A stretch of 64,000 nt of DNA from an uncultured archaeon (GTDB taxonomy: Archaea > Aenigmatarchaeota > Aenigmatarchaeia > QMZP01 > JACQNV01), in the NCBI GenBank assembly GCA_964631205.1, contig CAZVWU010000002.1:69031-133030 (forward strand), read 5' to 3'. The position numbers were made by a program, and so were the translations under genes. The notes beneath the pieces were generated by a model. That model had not been told where the DNA came from, made no database searches, and saw only the letters and a list, made by a program, of their open reading frames with translations. Shown here in pieces: positions 1-10,336 of the stretch (position 1 is the first letter of the stretch; each line of letters begins with the position of its first letter).

Positions 1-495
1 ATAGTGTTCAGGCCCCACAATGTTTATGGACCTGATATGGGATGGGAACATGTTATACCGCAGTTTATTCTGAGGATGAATGAGCTTGCAAAATCGCCTG
101 ACGACAAGATAAACTTCCCTATCATGGGGACAGGGAAAGAAACGAGAGCATTCACTTTTATTGATGATTTTGTTGACGGCCTTATGTATATAATACAGAA
201 AGGCGGGCATATGGAAATATATCATGTCGGGACAATGGATGAGATTTCAATTGAGAGTGTAGCAATACAGATTGGAAAACAGTTAGGAAAGGAGATAACC
301 ATAATCCCTGGGGAGAAGCCTAAAGGCAGCACTCCTGTGAGGTGCCCTGATATTACAAAGCTGAAAAAACTTGGTTTTTCACAAAAAGTATCTTTTGTAG
401 AGGGGCTAAGGCATACAGTCAAATGGTATGTGGAAAATTCAGGGAAAAAGCCGGATTATTCAAATGACTCTATCAGTGTAGCGGCTAAAAACTAA
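1..495 (+). CDS. NAD-dependent sugar epimerase/dehydratase (extended SDR), C-terminal part; 5' end cut by window edge
   Basis: ORF 4..495 is open from base 1. FRPHNVYGP and GTGKETRAFTFIDD motifs are typical of nucleotide-sugar epimerases/dehydratases. Confidence 0.7.
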   Translation: MVFRPHNVYGPDMGWEHVIPQFILRMNELAKSPDDKINFPIMGTGKETRAFTFIDDFVDGLMYIIQKGGHMEIYHVGTMDEISIESVAIQIGKQLGKEITIIPGEKPKGSTPVRCPDITKLKKLGFSQKVSFVEGLRHTVKWYVENSGKKPDYSNDSISVAAKN

Positions 496-1196
496 AACCT
501 CATTCTGTAAAAAATAATGTCTGATGTTGATTCGTCTTGCCCATCCACAGCATTAACAACTATTTTAGCGATTTCAGCCGGCTTAATATAATTTGAAGTG
601 TCCCTCTCTATTCCTGCATTCTTAAAAATGTCGGTTTGCATTCCTCCAGGGTAGATTCCGAACACCTGCACATTATTTTTGTTTGCCTCCATCCTAAAGC
701 TTTCTGTAAAACCTTTGATTGCGGCCTTGCTTGCGCAATATATTGCTCTGTTTTCCCTTGGCGTTATTGCATTTATGGAAACTATGTTGACTATTTTGCC
801 TGACCCCTTTTCTTTCATGTGCGTGTAGAAAATCCTTGTCAGTTGGATGTGAGATATTGTATTAATTTCAATAAGTTCAGTTATTTCTTCTTCAGTTAGA
901 TCTTGAAGTTGCTTTTCATTAAAAATTCCCGCATTGTTTACCAGCACATCCACTTTGCCGTATTTTTTTAATGTTTCAGACAAAAGTTTTTCCCTAATTT
1001 CTTTTTTTGCGATGTCGCCTGCAATAATAAGGCAATCAACTTTATTTTTTACAATCTGTTGTTTAACCGTCTCAAGCTTATTTAGATCCCTGCCGGATAA
1101 ACCAAGATCATAGCCTTTTTTTGAGAATGCTAAAGCAATGGCTTTTCCTAAGCCTGAACCAGAGCCTGTTATCAGGGCGACTTTTGGTGTTTTCAT
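492..1196 (-). CDS. short-chain dehydrogenase/reductase (classical SDR)
   Basis: N-terminal TGSGSGLGKAIA Rossmann motif, NNAG, and YCASKAA catalytic YxxxK. Confidence 0.8.
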   Translation of the reverse strand: MKTPKVALITGSGSGLGKAIALAFSKKGYDLGLSGRDLNKLETVKQQIVKNKVDCLIIAGDIAKKEIREKLLSETLKKYGKVDVLVNNAGIFNEKQLQDLTEEEITELIEINTISHIQLTRIFYTHMKEKGSGKIVNIVSINAITPRENRAIYCASKAAIKGFTESFRMEANKNNVQVFGIYPGGMQTDIFKNAGIERDTSNYIKPAEIAKIVVNAVDGQDESTSDIIFYRMRF

Positions 1197-1206
1197 GACA
1201 ATTAGA

Positions 1207-1681
1207 TTAAATCTTTACTTTAAATCTTTTTATTTGCACTAGAGCTTTTAGGATTTCAGACTTCTGGTCATAAGCCATTTTTGGGAGGCTGTCCACAGCA
1301 AACCATTTTGTACCGCTGAACTCAACGCCTTCTTTTTTCTGAATTCCTAAAATAATTTTCACAGGGTAAACGTGTGTGCACGAGTGTTTTGTTTTGTCTT
1401 GGGATGGCTTGTCATCTATCCAGCAGGGGAAGTTTGGTGAGAATGGGGACAGGATTTTTACCTTTACATTCAATTCTTTGGCCTGCCTGTTTATTGTTTC
1501 TAAAAGTGTTTCGTTTTTCCATTGCCTCCCCTCCAATAAGGCACCATTTGCCTTTTTCGTAGCCTGTTTTCCTTACAAGGAGCAGGGCTTCTAGCTTTGA
1601 TTTTACTTTTTTTAGAATTAAGAGATCGGCTGTCGGTATGGGTGTTTTTTGTCTTACCAGATTGTATTCTTTGGTTGACAT
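1207..1681 (-). pseudogene. Nudix hydrolase interrupted by a +1 frameshift (one extra A in an A5 run, T5 on plus strand 1514-1518)
   Basis: ORFs 1412..1681 and 1207..1536 overlap in different frames. Joined they read ...KGKWCLIGGEAME/NETLLETINRQAKELNV, a Nudix-box-like segment. Total length is 3n+1. Confidence 0.6.
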
Positions 1682-1781
1682 TCAGTAGTCTTTGTTTTTT
1701 GAAGATGACATAATCATGTATATTATTTGAGAATTAGTTGGTTTTCTAGTTAATATTCAAAAATAGGCATTATCTGATTGA

Positions 1782-2663
1782 TTATTTTTTATTGAATAGT
1801 GTGTTTATGATAGCCATTCCCATTTGTTCTGTTCCAGCTGCCACTATTCTCCTTTTCCCGTTGAAATCGTAGGCACTGGAATCCAATGCCATAGGATTGT
1901 CTTTATCCAGTTCAGCTATCCAGCCGCCACCTTCCTTAACAAACAAATAACCTGCACCAAGCTCATGCTCTTTTTGCCTTAGGTTTACCCATCCGTCAAA
2001 GGAACCTGTGCCATCTGGCTTGCCGCCGACTAAACTTGCATAGTGGCCACCTGAAGTTGCGTAATCTTTGACCCATGCAACGCGTGAAAGGCCGTTCAAA
2101 TCTACATGTTCATTGGTTCCAATTAAAGCATAGTGATCGAAACCTATCCTTGCAGGCTCTTTTCCTGAGAAATCTGTCCTTCCGGAACACTTCACATGTT
2201 TGCCGTCAAGTGTAACTCCCTTTCCGCTCTCAGCATACCAGAGTTTTCCAGAATTTATTTCAACTATTCCAGCTGCAACCAAATCCGAGTATCTCGGTTC
2301 TCTAGGAGAGTCGAAGACCGCGACTATTGAGGTTGAAGGCGCCAACCCTCTAGCTGACCTCCAATTGTCTGTCCCGTCTATATCATCAAAAGCAATTGTG
2401 ATTTCAGGGTTTTTATGGGCTTTTATCCCACCATGATTTTTTACTAATTCCTCATCGAAAAATACTGCCTTAACACGATTGTCCATCAAATATCCTAGGA
2501 CGTTCTGTGCTATAGCAAGATCTGCTTTCGAAGAAGGGTTGTACATTTCTGCTCCGGCATCGTAAACCACTTGCCTGCCTTCTTCGCCTACAACCAAAGC
2601 TGTATCTCTAGATATTTTCAGCACCCCTAGGACGAGTTGTTTGTAGGTTGTCATAAGTTCCAT
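1782..2663 (-). CDS. inositol monophosphatase / FBPase-family phosphatase
   Basis: FDDIDGTDNW matches the DPxDGT metal-binding motif of the IMPase family; size is ~290 aa. Confidence 0.65.
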   Translation of the reverse strand: MELMTTYKQLVLGVLKISRDTALVVGEEGRQVVYDAGAEMYNPSSKADLAIAQNVLGYLMDNRVKAVFFDEELVKNHGGIKAHKNPEITIAFDDIDGTDNWRSARGLAPSTSIVAVFDSPREPRYSDLVAAGIVEINSGKLWYAESGKGVTLDGKHVKCSGRTDFSGKEPARIGFDHYALIGTNEHVDLNGLSRVAWVKDYATSGGHYASLVGGKPDGTGSFDGWVNLRQKEHELGAGYLFVKEGGGWIAELDKDNPMALDSSAYDFNGKRRIVAAGTEQMGMAIINTLFNKK

Positions 2664-3325
2664 TCCGATTCTGGAAAATATAACTCTTTATAAAAACGAA
2701 ATTTTACCAAGGGCTGTAAATCTCTTGCAAATTCTATCGGTATTCCCCATTTTTCAGCTATCTCTACAAGCCTAGGGCCACATGGTATCGTCATGCCATT
2801 TATGTGGGTATATGTTCTTATCCTACCTGTCGTGATTATTTTTTCAGGTACAGACCTCTCATTTACTTTTCCATCTAAAAAATCTCTTTTACCGAAGAAC
2901 GCTTGCCAGAAGTTACCTGTTTCTGCACAAAAAACTAAATTAATTGAACAGAGACTTGAATAATCTAGTCTTTCTTCAGGAGGTAATCGCCTTTTGGTTC
3001 TCAACCTTTCATATATAGCTTCTCCTGTAATATCCTCTGGTAAAAGTAGAATACCACCTCTTTTTTTTGCTTTTTCTCTTTGAGTATAAAGCTCGCGACA
3101 ATCCTGTTTAGTGCCAACAAAAAGAACTCTATCGGATGTAGATGCGCTGCGGACAGGCGGAGTTTTATAGAAATGCTCTTCTGTAGATTCTTTACGAGGG
3201 TTATCTCTATAAATATCTGTTTCATACCACCATAAAAGTGTTTTTGTAATCGGCACTTCGTGTCCTGTCACTACCAAGAGCCTTTTTCTCAAACCTTCTC
3301 TAAGAGACCTATAATCCGTCCTCAT
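2651..3325 (-). CDS. hypothetical protein (224 aa), co-directional with and overlapping the IMPase-like gene by 13 nt
   Basis: Long ORF with no recognisable motif; operon-like overlap with 1782..2663. Confidence 0.5.
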   Translation of the reverse strand: MRTDYRSLREGLRKRLLVVTGHEVPITKTLLWWYETDIYRDNPRKESTEEHFYKTPPVRSASTSDRVLFVGTKQDCRELYTQREKAKKRGGILLLPEDITGEAIYERLRTKRRLPPEERLDYSSLCSINLVFCAETGNFWQAFFGKRDFLDGKVNERSVPEKIITTGRIRTYTHINGMTIPCGPRLVEIAEKWGIPIEFARDLQPLVKFRFYKELYFPESEWNL

Positions 3326-3387
3326 AAATATACCGGAAGAATGAATAGTGAGCTTATAAAGCTTATTACTATTTATTGGGCATATTT

Positions 3388-4206
3388 ATGGCAATAGCAT
3401 TTGATCCTTCTAAAATAGACCCTGTAATAAGAGAACGATGGGAAGCTGATGGGAAGCAAATTCCTTATGTGAACAATTTAACTAGCAAGGGCCCTGTTTA
3501 TATCGTGGATAATTCTGGGAATTTCTGGGCTGCTGTAGTTGATGTGAAAACTAAGGGCTATAGGTATCTATTTGCAGTAGCCAGGTGCATAAACGGCGGG
3601 GGAAATTATGATGACCCTAAACTCCTAACGCCACTTGATCTCATGAAGGCGGAGATTGAAGAGGAATTGGATAATAGGGAAGTTTCACAGGCTTTGGCTG
3701 ATTCGGTAGTTCCTATTGGTGAATACTTCAAAATAGGCGAACAACGGGCTCACGGCCATAAAGAAATGGGCACTGTAAGGATACATGACAGTATTTTTGC
3801 GTCAACAATAGAAATGGGCGCCCTCTTCGAGGCTTTGAAACTCCCAAGAGAACTCCAAAACCATAAAGCGCTTGAAGAATATTTGACTAGAATTTCGCCT
3901 CAAAATGCGCGGAGAGTTTTCTCGTACAGTGAATTGAATACAGGTGTTCCAAGGGTCTTGGTTGAATGCATTGAAAGGGTGCCTTTTGCATGGGGCGATG
4001 GCGTGGAATTTGTAGACGCTACAAAAAAATTGCATGGCTTTGTTCCTGTTCTTGAGACAGATGAGGAGGGGATGACTGTTTTAAAGCTTTCGACAAACCC
4101 ATTAACACGTTATACAGAAAGATTGGATTTATTGGAGATAACTATTAGAAATCCATTTAAGAAAAAATTAGCTGATGGCGACGCTCTCCAGCTAGACAAG
4201 AAATAG
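3388..4206 (+). CDS. hypothetical protein (272 aa)
   Basis: ORF 3376..4206, with start moved to the first ATG at 3388. Divergent from 2651..3325. No recognisable motif. Confidence 0.5.
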   Translation: MAIAFDPSKIDPVIRERWEADGKQIPYVNNLTSKGPVYIVDNSGNFWAAVVDVKTKGYRYLFAVARCINGGGNYDDPKLLTPLDLMKAEIEEELDNREVSQALADSVVPIGEYFKIGEQRAHGHKEMGTVRIHDSIFASTIEMGALFEALKLPRELQNHKALEEYLTRISPQNARRVFSYSELNTGVPRVLVECIERVPFAWGDGVEFVDATKKLHGFVPVLETDEEGMTVLKLSTNPLTRYTERLDLLEITIRNPFKKKLADGDALQLDKK

Positions 4207-4263
4207 GACAGTAGGCAGCTTTTTATTTAACTTACAACTATTTTATTTAGTTGATTAGATTTT

Positions 4264-4941
4264 ATGAAAGTTAGTTTGGCTATTTTAACTTACAACGAAA
4301 TTGAAGGCGTTAAAGTAATAGTCCCGAGAATCCCAAAAAAGGGGCTTTACGAAATTTTTTGCGTTGACTATAATTCCAAAGATGGGACTGTTGAGTGGAT
4401 GAAGAAGCATGGGATAAGGGTTGTGCACCAGAAGACAAAAGGCAGGGCAGAGGCTGTTAGGATTGCTTTTGAAAAGGCAAAAGGTGATGCTGTGATAATT
4501 TTCAGCCCTGACGGGAATGAGGTTCCTGAAGACATTCCAAAACTGATTAAGAAAATGGGGGAGGGGTATGATCTTGTCATAGCATCAAGGTTTACAAAGA
4601 CTTCAAAGGCTGCAGATGCAGGATGGATGCATGCTTTTGGGAATAACATGATCACATTCTCTACAAATTTGTTCCATGGGACTCATGTCACAGATGCAAT
4701 AAACGGGTTCAGGATTGTGGACAAGAAAGCTTACCAGAAAATAGGCGGTATAAAAGCCACAAGGCATGAGGGGGATGTTGAGATGACAATAAAGTTTGCA
4801 AAGGCTGGATTCAGTATAGGGGAGATCCCGACAGATGAACCCCCAAGAATTGGCGGGCAAGCAAAGATAAGGACTTTCACTGACGGCAAACTTTACATGA
4901 AGACTATATTGAAAGAGTGGATAAGCAGGGATAAGGGATAA
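4264..4941 (+). CDS. GT2 glycosyltransferase, dolichyl-phosphate sugar synthase-like
   Basis: N-terminal VSLAILTYNE, SPDGNE (DxD-like) and overall GT-A layout, ~225 aa. Confidence 0.8.
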   Translation: MKVSLAILTYNEIEGVKVIVPRIPKKGLYEIFCVDYNSKDGTVEWMKKHGIRVVHQKTKGRAEAVRIAFEKAKGDAVIIFSPDGNEVPEDIPKLIKKMGEGYDLVIASRFTKTSKAADAGWMHAFGNNMITFSTNLFHGTHVTDAINGFRIVDKKAYQKIGGIKATRHEGDVEMTIKFAKAGFSIGEIPTDEPPRIGGQAKIRTFTDGKLYMKTILKEWISRDKG

Positions 4942-4968
4942 TCTTATATATTCAGTTGAGAAACGGTT

Positions 4969-6381
4969 ATGGGTTTTTTTATAACGTTTCGGAGGTTAGG
5001 CGATTGGATTTCCAAGAGCGATAGGAATGCGGCTTTATTTTTTCTTGCACTTGTAATCCTACTAAAATTCCCAACAATGGCGTTGGATTACCATTGGGAC
5101 GCAATACTTTATTCAAGGCAGGCATTGTTTTATGCAGATAATGGACCGTTCGCTGTCCCAGAAGGAAGGATTGCGCATGTTCCGCTGCTGCAGTGGATTA
5201 CAGCAATACCATTTAAAATTTTTGGAGAATCTCCATTTGTTGCGCATTTTATTATATCCATTTTCTCTTTTATTGGAGTTTTTTATGCATATAGGCTGGG
5301 GAAACATTTAAAAGGGAACGGAGCTGGTTTAATTGCAGCTTTTTTTGTTTTGCTGTTGCCTGCTTACTTCTCAATAAGCGGCCAGTTTTTATTTGATGTG
5401 CCTGTTACAGCTGCTACCTTGGCTGCGGTATATTATTTCATAAAAGATGACACTAAGAAATATCTTGTTGCTGCAGGCGCTGCTGTCTTATTAAAGGAAA
5501 GTGGTATATTGGTTGTCGGTGCTGCAGTGTTGTATGCCATTTTCAAAGAAAGAAAGAAAATAATTATTTATGCGTCCCCAATGGCTCTCACAGTATTGTG
5601 GCAGTTTTGGATGTCGTTGAACAGGGAAGTAAGCGGGTTTCTGATACCTTCAACAATAGGCAAAATTCCTTTAAGGTTATTTGCATCTATGTATGATGCG
5701 CTTTTTATCAACTATGCCTGGCTTCTTTTATTGCCAATGATTTATGCTGTTTACAAGAAAAAAATTCTGTTCAAAGATAAGGCATCAATTATACCGCTTA
5801 CTGTTACTGTTTACATTTTATTTTTCGGGCTTGTGCCTGTTTTTATTTTGCCTAGGTATTTTTTGCCTGGGACTGCTCTGTTGTGCGTATTGTCTGCGGC
5901 GGCTCTTAATGATTCTTTAAAAAAATATAAAATTGCAGCTATTTTAATTTGCGCCCTTTTTGTTTCAGGGTATTTTTTCCATTATGGGATAAAGGGGGTT
6001 TTGGAGGACCCAATTTATAGGGGAGGGATTTACCAGAGCATTACCACGCAATTAAAAAATGGTGAGATGACTTTGGATTACATTGACTTTGTAAAAGCGG
6101 AAGAGGGAGCTCTGGATTACATCTCTTCAAACTATAAGGGAAAAACAGTTGCTGCAAAATTCCCAATATATGAGCCCGAACTGGCTTCTGTTGAGAATGG
6201 GAAAAGGAAATGGTCTGCAAATAATATAACAGTCATCCCGACAGAACAGTTTGATAGGGCAGATATTCTGGTTCAGGAGTCCTGCTGTTTGGATTCTCTA
6301 AAGCCTGATTGGCCAGAAGCTGCAAGGTTTGGAGCCGGCTGGATAAATGAAGTTATTGTTTACAAAAATCCTGCCAAATAA
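4969..6381 (+). CDS. polytopic GT-C-like glycosyltransferase (ArnT/PMT-like)
   Basis: More than 10 predicted TM segments, an acidic motif in the first loop (DYHWD) and a C-terminal soluble domain. Confidence 0.55.
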   Translation: MGFFITFRRLGDWISKSDRNAALFFLALVILLKFPTMALDYHWDAILYSRQALFYADNGPFAVPEGRIAHVPLLQWITAIPFKIFGESPFVAHFIISIFSFIGVFYAYRLGKHLKGNGAGLIAAFFVLLLPAYFSISGQFLFDVPVTAATLAAVYYFIKDDTKKYLVAAGAAVLLKESGILVVGAAVLYAIFKERKKIIIYASPMALTVLWQFWMSLNREVSGFLIPSTIGKIPLRLFASMYDALFINYAWLLLLPMIYAVYKKKILFKDKASIIPLTVTVYILFFGLVPVFILPRYFLPGTALLCVLSAAALNDSLKKYKIAAILICALFVSGYFFHYGIKGVLEDPIYRGGIYQSITTQLKNGEMTLDYIDFVKAEEGALDYISSNYKGKTVAAKFPIYEPELASVENGKRKWSANNITVIPTEQFDRADILVQESCCLDSLKPDWPEAARFGAGWINEVIVYKNPAK

Positions 6382-7908
6382 TTATTTTTCACAGATTTTT
6401 TCCCCTGTCAGACAGATGTAGTTGCATGCCCTCTCTGGTTTTTTGTTTTGGAAGTTTTTGTATCTATAGATTTCTGTTGTAAGGTTGTTTTGAGAAACTG
6501 AGGATTCGAGGGTTAGGCTGTCTTTTATTTTGTCTATTGTTTTGTCCTGGCTCCAGGCAGAGTAAATTATATAATAGGCGTTTGATTCGTCAAGGGTTTT
6601 GAGGATTTCTTCTTTTGTCTTGTTTCCAAATGCGCACGACCTTATTATAACTGCAGTTTTATTTTTGCCTTTCGTTGCAATATCCGAAATAATGGAAGAA
6701 GAAAACAGCGGCTCGTCATCTGAAAACAGTGCTACTGAGGCTCCTTCTGGAAGGTTTTGGAGGATTGTGTTGGACACTTTTTCCTGTGGGTAGCCTTGGA
6801 TTGTCGGATAGAATACCAAAATTGAGGTTATTGAATAGAGTGTAAGAATGGAATAGATAATTTTACTGTTTTTTATTTTTGCCAGGTAGAATGAAAGGCT
6901 TACATAAGCAGGCAAAAGGAACAATTGGGAAAATCTTAGTTCTTTATTTGGAATTATAGAGAGACTGATATAGAAAATGAGGGAAAATATTAAAAATTCT
7001 TTCCAGAATTTTTCTTTTTTGTAGATATAGAATACTAGGGACAGGAAAAAAACTAATGTTAACGGCGCGAAAACGGTTGGCTCTATGAGGAAATATAGCC
7101 AGAATCCAGGGCTTAAAGGGTTGGTGGGTTCGCCCTGCTGCGCTGCATAGCTTATAGCCACTATCTTGTTTATTTCTAGCCCGCCTACAGAATTGAGTAG
7201 AAGCAGGTACGGAGTTATGAAAATTATTACTGGTAATATTAAAATTACTAAATTGTTGATTTTCTTTTTTAATTGTAAATCTTTTCTGGAAAATATGTAA
7301 ACGATGAAAAAGATTAGCAGGATGCCGGATACCTGCTTGCTCAGAATCGCAAGGGAAACTGATATTCCAGCCAACAGCCAATATCTTTTACTTTCTTTTT
7401 CAAACGCCTTGGAGAAAAATAATATTGATAAAAGGATGGAAAAGTATGCGGAGAAGTCTTGGAAGGCCCTTGACGCATAAAGGAGGCTGTAGCTTGACAA
7501 GGAGAAAAATATTGTAGATATAAAGGCTGTTTTTTCATTAAAGTGTTTTTTTAGGAGTATGTAGAAAACAGAAAATGCAAGGAGCGCATAAATTAAGTTT
7601 ACCATTCTTGCTACGACGATGGATGGACTTGAAAGAAAAAATACAAATGCATTTGTAAGATGGTATACTGGCGGGTAGGCTATCTGGAGTTTTGGGTAGT
7701 GGACAAGGTAGTTTATGCTGAAATCATACAGGTTGCTGTACGATAGCCCTATTTTTGGGATATTGGATATTAGATCTTTGTAAAAAACCGAAAGTAAAAG
7801 ATGTGTTCCTTCATCTGAGAATGTGTAATTGTAAAAGAACGTTGGGACTAAAAAAATTGAAAATACAACCAGATAGATTATAAAAGCATTGGAATATACA
7901 GATTTCAT
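6382..7908 (-). CDS. polytopic GT-C-like glycosyltransferase (ArnT/PMT-like)
   Basis: Many TM segments, first-loop FSDEGTH (DE motif of GT-C enzymes) and a C-terminal soluble domain. Confidence 0.55.
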   Translation of the reverse strand: MKSVYSNAFIIYLVVFSIFLVPTFFYNYTFSDEGTHLLLSVFYKDLISNIPKIGLSYSNLYDFSINYLVHYPKLQIAYPPVYHLTNAFVFFLSSPSIVVARMVNLIYALLAFSVFYILLKKHFNEKTAFISTIFFSLSSYSLLYASRAFQDFSAYFSILLSILFFSKAFEKESKRYWLLAGISVSLAILSKQVSGILLIFFIVYIFSRKDLQLKKKINNLVILILPVIIFITPYLLLLNSVGGLEINKIVAISYAAQQGEPTNPLSPGFWLYFLIEPTVFAPLTLVFFLSLVFYIYKKEKFWKEFLIFSLIFYISLSIIPNKELRFSQLFLLPAYVSLSFYLAKIKNSKIIYSILTLYSITSILVFYPTIQGYPQEKVSNTILQNLPEGASVALFSDDEPLFSSSIISDIATKGKNKTAVIIRSCAFGNKTKEEILKTLDESNAYYIIYSAWSQDKTIDKIKDSLTLESSVSQNNLTTEIYRYKNFQNKKPERACNYICLTGEKICEK

Positions 7909-8589
7909 ATGTACGATTCCGAATATTTCAAAACAGTAGACAAGAGCTATAACAGCTTTGATATCCTAAGGTTAAAGACGGTTGTTAATATATTAAAAGA
8001 TTTGCCTAAAGGGAATTTATGCCTGGATGCCGGATCTGGAGGGGGGCATTATCTTGATTTTCTTGTAGAGAGGTTTACTAAAGTAATTGGTTTTGAATTC
8101 AGCAAAGCCGGGATTAAGCAGTCAAAAAATATTATTCGTAAAAAAGCATTTATAATAAATGGGAGTCTTGTGGAGAGGCTGCCTTTTATCGACAATAGTT
8201 TCGATTTTATTCTCTGCTCTGAAACATTGGAGCATTTGGACGGTCTGGATACGGTGTTGTCTGAACTGAAAAGGGTATTAAAAAGTAATGGGAAGCTGCT
8301 TGTTACTGTGCCTAATTTTACAAAGCTTAGCTTTGAATATATAAGGGAGATTGTTTCTGAAAAAGACCCTACGCATATTCACAGGTACTCTTTTTGTGGA
8401 TGGGAAAAAATTTTATCCAGATATTTTTCCATTAAAAGGATATCATCTTCAAGCTTTATTCCTTCCTTTCCGCTGTATAGTCTGGGATTTTCAGACACGC
8501 GTATTTTAAAGATCGAAAGCATAACCAGAAAAATTCCAGTTTTCAGGGCTCTTGGAAGAGAATGTATTTTTCTTTTGGAAAAGCGTTAG
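7909..8589 (+). CDS. class I SAM-dependent methyltransferase
   Basis: LDAGSGGGHY motif I, and FDFILCSETLEHL typical of the Methyltransf_11 type. Confidence 0.8.
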   Translation: MYDSEYFKTVDKSYNSFDILRLKTVVNILKDLPKGNLCLDAGSGGGHYLDFLVERFTKVIGFEFSKAGIKQSKNIIRKKAFIINGSLVERLPFIDNSFDFILCSETLEHLDGLDTVLSELKRVLKSNGKLLVTVPNFTKLSFEYIREIVSEKDPTHIHRYSFCGWEKILSRYFSIKRISSSSFIPSFPLYSLGFSDTRILKIESITRKIPVFRALGRECIFLLEKR

Positions 8590-10286
8590 ATTATTTTTTC
8601 CAAATATTCCATTTCCATTCTACAATTGCCTGAACTCTCAATCTGTGTTTGCATAAATCCGTATTCGTTTATTTTTGGATTTATCGTCTGGCCGTTGATG
8701 CGTATTTTCCAGTCTTTGTCGTAAGTTTCTTTGATTGTAAGGTTCCCTGCTGTGCATTCGAAATCTGCCTGTATTCTATTGCCGGCCTTTGCAACTTTTG
8801 AGGATATCTGCTGGGCGTTTATTTCTATATAGGAGAATTCAGGGATAGCTTTATAGATTATAAATCCATTTTCTTCTTTTGAGATTTTGAACTGGGTGTT
8901 GTTATTAAAATAATTTAAAAGTTCTGGGGAATTTTTGCTTATCATTATGTAGTTTATCATCCCGGCTTTTGCAAGCTCATTGAATTCAGCCTGGCTTATT
9001 GACATTGGGTCTTGTATTTTTTTCAGGAAAGGTGCGCGCTTTTCAAAAAGGTCGTTTGTGTTCTGCGATTGCGGAAGCCAGCCTGTTATTATTTCATTCC
9101 CGTTTATTGGGGGGAGGTAAGCCGAGAAAAGCGAACAGCCTTGGCATGTTTTCTCTTCATCCAGTATCAAAGTTCTATCGCCTGTTTTAGGGTACTCTGG
9201 CTGTTTTGCGAAATTTATGGTGAATGCTGAAAAAAGTATTATGTTTGAAATAATCAGGAGTGTTGTAAGGTATATGAATGGCTTTCTTTTGCAATTTGAA
9301 GTGATTAAAATTGCTATAGGGATTGCCATCAATATTATTATTCTTTTATAGTCTAGGAAAAAGAATAGCAAGGCTGAAATTGCAAGCCATGGGAAGAATT
9401 CCTTGAGGATTTTTTCTTTATAATTAAACAGCGCTAGTGCTAAAGAGAGGCATAAAAGCGACCCGAAAACAACAAAAATTTCTATCGGTATTCCCATTGT
9501 TGTAAGCCTTTGGTTTGTTGTGGAGGCGGTATATGTAAGCGGATCTGAGAGAACCGAGAGGCCGCCTTCCCTTCCTGAATAGATGCCTTGGGAAAATGGC
9601 AAATACCAGAACGAGGCCGCTATTGCAGGGATTATCAATATTGGTGCTGCTCTCATAAGAGCGGCTTTATTGAAATATCTGGAGAGCACCCATATAATTG
9701 CCGAGAAATAGAGAAATAATCCCATTAAGACATGTGTTATTAAAACAGGGGCCAATAAAATAATGGGTTTGAATATGCCCGCCTTGTTGTCCAAAGCCTT
9801 TTTGAGATAAATTAAAAATAGCATTGAAAAAAGGAAGGATGCTAAAAACGGCAGGTTGCTATTTCTGTAAAAAACCAGTATGGCTGGGGAAAGGGAAAAA
9901 ACAAAAAGGGCTGCAGATTTTTGGACCTGTGTGAGGTCAAATTCGTTTAGGAAAATAAAAAAGCAAACTGGAAGGAGCAATAGAATTATATTTATGAATA
10001 AACTGTAGGAAAGATATAGTCCTATAAAGGATATGCTGGATGCTATGAGATAGGAAAGTGGCGGGTAATATTTGAGGAAAGGGGATCCGCCATACCAGTA
10101 AGTGTTCCAGCCTGTTACTCCATTATCGGAGATGTGCCATATCTTGAAGATATGCGCTGAAAAGTCTGAGGAGTCTAGGGGGACAGACTCATTGGATAAT
10201 GGGTAGGACTTCCAGAGATAGAGCACGAGTATTAGCAGAAGGGATAATATTGCAATATTCTTTTTTAAAAGATTAGATACCGACAT
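8586..10286 (-). CDS. large polytopic membrane protein with C-terminal soluble domain, possibly GT-C-like
   Basis: 566 aa with more than 10 TM segments, located in the glycosylation island. No firm catalytic motif seen. Confidence 0.4.
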   Translation of the reverse strand: MSVSNLLKKNIAILSLLLILVLYLWKSYPLSNESVPLDSSDFSAHIFKIWHISDNGVTGWNTYWYGGSPFLKYYPPLSYLIASSISFIGLYLSYSLFINIILLLLPVCFFIFLNEFDLTQVQKSAALFVFSLSPAILVFYRNSNLPFLASFLFSMLFLIYLKKALDNKAGIFKPIILLAPVLITHVLMGLFLYFSAIIWVLSRYFNKAALMRAAPILIIPAIAASFWYLPFSQGIYSGREGGLSVLSDPLTYTASTTNQRLTTMGIPIEIFVVFGSLLCLSLALALFNYKEKILKEFFPWLAISALLFFFLDYKRIIILMAIPIAILITSNCKRKPFIYLTTLLIISNIILFSAFTINFAKQPEYPKTGDRTLILDEEKTCQGCSLFSAYLPPINGNEIITGWLPQSQNTNDLFEKRAPFLKKIQDPMSISQAEFNELAKAGMINYIMISKNSPELLNYFNNNTQFKISKEENGFIIYKAIPEFSYIEINAQQISSKVAKAGNRIQADFECTAGNLTIKETYDKDWKIRINGQTINPKINEYGFMQTQIESSGNCRMEMEYLEKII

Positions 10287-10336
10287 ATATCGATTTGGTG
10301 AACAGATAACTATAAAAAAATACGCCTATATCCAGC

